This document shows, one piece after another, positions 34,507 to 36,074 of a stretch of DNA of 36,074 bases. This DNA is from a virus (taxonomy: Duplodnaviria; Caudoviricetes), in the IMG/VR virus record IMGVR_UViG_3300025018_000322, positions 1 through 36,074 of that record, one strand, 5' to 3'. Within the stretch, counting starts at the first letter, position 1, and the number at the start of each line of letters is the position of its first letter. The notes beneath the pieces are model-generated. The model was given only the letters and a program-made list of their open reading frames with translations. It was not told the origin of the DNA and made no database searches. The position numbers and the translations under genes are program-made.

Positions 34507-35122
34507 ACATACTAGAACTATTTGCAGGTACAGCTTCGTTTAGTAACGCAGCGAAAGGACACATAACCTTTACCTCAGACTTCGACTCTCAATTCAATAC
34601 TGATTACACGGTTGATGTTATGAAGTTTGACACAAACAAAGTTCCCTTTCAGCCTGACGTTATATGGGCTTCACCACCCTGTGAGACGTTTAGTGTAGCC
34701 AGTCTGGGTTATCACTGGACGGGGGGGTGGGGGCGTATATTCCCAAGACCCAAGCTTGCATAGACGGGATCGAGCGAGTTAAGAAAACCTTAGAAATTAT
34801 CCAAGAACTTAACCCGAAGTATTGGTTCATCGAGAACCCCCGTGGTGTACTAAGAAAAATGCCGTTTATGAATCAGGCAGGGGTCTATCGTTATACCGTA
34901 ACCTATTGTCAGTACGGAGATACAAGAATGAAGCCCACCGATATATGGAGTAACATACCAGACTTAGAGTTCAAGCCAATGTGCAAGAACGGACAACCAT
35001 GTCATATTTCAGCGCCACGGGGTAGCAGAACAGGCACTCAAGGAATAAAGACTTATAGGGATCGCTCACGAATACCGCAAGAACTTTGCGAGTCAATTAT
35101 ACAGCAGATACAGCACCGATAG
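34503..35122 (+). CDS. C5-cytosine DNA methyltransferase split by a frameshift at G7-T-G5 (34721-34733)
   Basis: ELFAGTAS and WASPPCE in frame 0 (GTGA overlap start); FIENPRG and YCQYG..MKPTDIW in -1 frame. Confidence 0.85.
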
Positions 35123-35133
35123 GGTGTCTTTTT
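35113..35133 (+). terminator. Probable intrinsic terminator
   Basis: GCACC..GGTGT followed by CTTTTT. Confidence 0.5.
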
Positions 35134-35135
35134 GC

Positions 35136-35164
35136 TTTACTTAGCACGAGGGGTATGCTACAAT
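35136..35164 (+). promoter_or_regulatory. Early promoter with inverted 14-bp box (35143-35156)
   Basis: TTTACT-17-TACAAT with TG; AGCACGAGGGGTAT. Confidence 0.7.
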
Positions 35165-35194
35165 AGACTCAGCAACCAAATAGAAAGGTTTATC

Positions 35195-35479
35195 ATGCAA
35201 GAATACTTCAACCAAAACATCAAGCCCCTAGCAGATGAGCTAGAGTGTCTAATGGAAGTAAAACACCTCTCAATTAAACAGGAAGGGGACGAAACAACCC
35301 TCTCGGTATGGGTAGACGACTTTTGCAACCACGCTGGAGCGGTAGACACCGAAGTCTCTGTTGCGGAATGGGACGCAGACACCCACGAGTACGCCTCTAC
35401 GGGTACAGACACACAGGTAGTTTGTTACCAGTGCGACCTTGCCTATTTTGAAACAGACCAGGGGGGTGAATGGCTATGA
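35195..35479 (+). CDS. Acidic hypothetical protein with CxH...CxxC
   Basis: GAAAGGT RBS before ATG 35195. Confidence 0.7.
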   Translation: MQEYFNQNIKPLADELECLMEVKHLSIKQEGDETTLSVWVDDFCNHAGAVDTEVSVAEWDADTHEYASTGTDTQVVCYQCDLAYFETDQGGEWL

Positions 35480-35790
35480 CCGACCTTAACCGTATACAGA
35501 AGAACGTCCTTCACATCTGCACCAAGTACCCAGAGGCAGTAGACGACCGCTCAATGCTCCTTGAGAAATACTGGCTAGAGTTCGATGGCTGGAGTGAATA
35601 CCGAAGCTTATACGATAACCTGAAGTATTCTACCCGACCCGAAACAATCACCAGACGATTAAGGGAGATTAGGGAGATGGGACTCGTACAACACTCACAA
35701 GAAGTAGCCGATCAAAATATTAAAGCGATGGAAAATGAGAAGATGCGAGTCAAGTACAACCACGCTCCGAAGGCAATCTCATGGCTGTAA
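35470..35790 (+). CDS. Possible winged-helix DNA-binding protein
   Basis: PETITRRLREIREMGLV resembles a wHTH recognition helix. Confidence 0.55.
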   Translation: MAMTDLNRIQKNVLHICTKYPEAVDDRSMLLEKYWLEFDGWSEYRSLYDNLKYSTRPETITRRLREIREMGLVQHSQEVADQNIKAMENEKMRVKYNHAPKAISWL

Positions 35791-35939
35791 AAGTCCACGA
35801 AGAACACAAAGCATTTATACGGGACTTATTCCGAGAAGGCTTTACCCTCTTAGAACTCCACCAAATGTATGAAGGCTTCATCACCTACGGACAACTACGA
35901 TATATAACGGGTAGCGTAAAGCGAAACCCACAACCATAA
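35781..35939 (+). CDS. 52-aa possible HTH protein (not in ORF track)
   Basis: MAVKVHEEHKAFIRDLFREGFTLLELHQMYEGFITYGQLRYIT... Confidence 0.55.
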   Translation: MAVKVHEEHKAFIRDLFREGFTLLELHQMYEGFITYGQLRYITGSVKRNPQP

Positions 35940-35949
35940 AGGAGAAGAT

Positions 35950-36074
35950 ATGACCACAGACTATATAAAACTAATAAGAGAACACCTTGATAAGCTACAC
36001 ACTGAGTGGGAGAATGACGAAGAGAATGACGGACACCATAAAAGCAATGAGGGCTGGGTAGGTTACTCCGTTTC
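35950..36074 (+). CDS. 5' part of 97-aa hypothetical protein continuing through the join to 293
   Basis: AAAGGAG RBS; MTTDYIKLIREHLDK... Confidence 0.8.
   Translation, partial: MTTDYIKLIREHLDKLHTEWENDEENDGHHKSNEGWVGYSV
35969..36074 (+). repeat. Terminal direct repeat, right copy
   Basis: Identical to 19-124. Confidence 0.95.

Noticed and set aside
293-35939. Stop-codon reassignment as in some CPR or gut phages
   Set aside because: Long genes are intact in the standard code, and TGA, TAG and TAA all end genes at coupled junctions.

Overview
The window looks like an essentially complete, circularly assembled ~35.95-kb tailed-phage genome. Bases 19-124 are repeated exactly at 35969-36074, and a 97-aa ORF reads through the join. 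The organisation is podovirus-like: TerS/TerL, portal, acidic scaffold, major capsid, several fibre/appendage proteins, three probable ejection proteins (one of 1891 aa), adaptor and nozzle, an M23 endolysin and two holin-like genes. I see no tape measure, sheath, integrase, CI-type repressor, DNA polymerase or helicase. The early region carries ERF, SSB-like and NinG-like genes, three DNA methyltransferase genes and an HNH. A monoderm host, possibly Saccharibacteria (Patescibacteria), is only an inference. The most unusual content is RNA-level. (i) At 27101-27556 there are three tandem promoter-RNA-terminator cassettes; two share one pseudoknot fold with different but still-paired stem sequences. 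(ii) At 31213-31864, where a repressor gene would normally sit, there are about five minus-strand non-coding transcripts. One exposes a loop complementary to the 5' leaders of early transcripts whose promoters also share a 14-bp box, and two form an attenuator-like switch before a rep-like/MTase operon. (iii) A slippery heptamer plus H-type pseudoknot predicts a -1 frameshift fusing a membrane anchor to a lytic transglycosylase. (iv) A C5-MTase is split at a G-tract. (v) A stand-alone 51-aa peptide ends in CxxC like a ribonucleotide-reductase redox tail. All product calls come from motifs and gene order read by eye, and all RNA structures from manual pairing; no searches were run.
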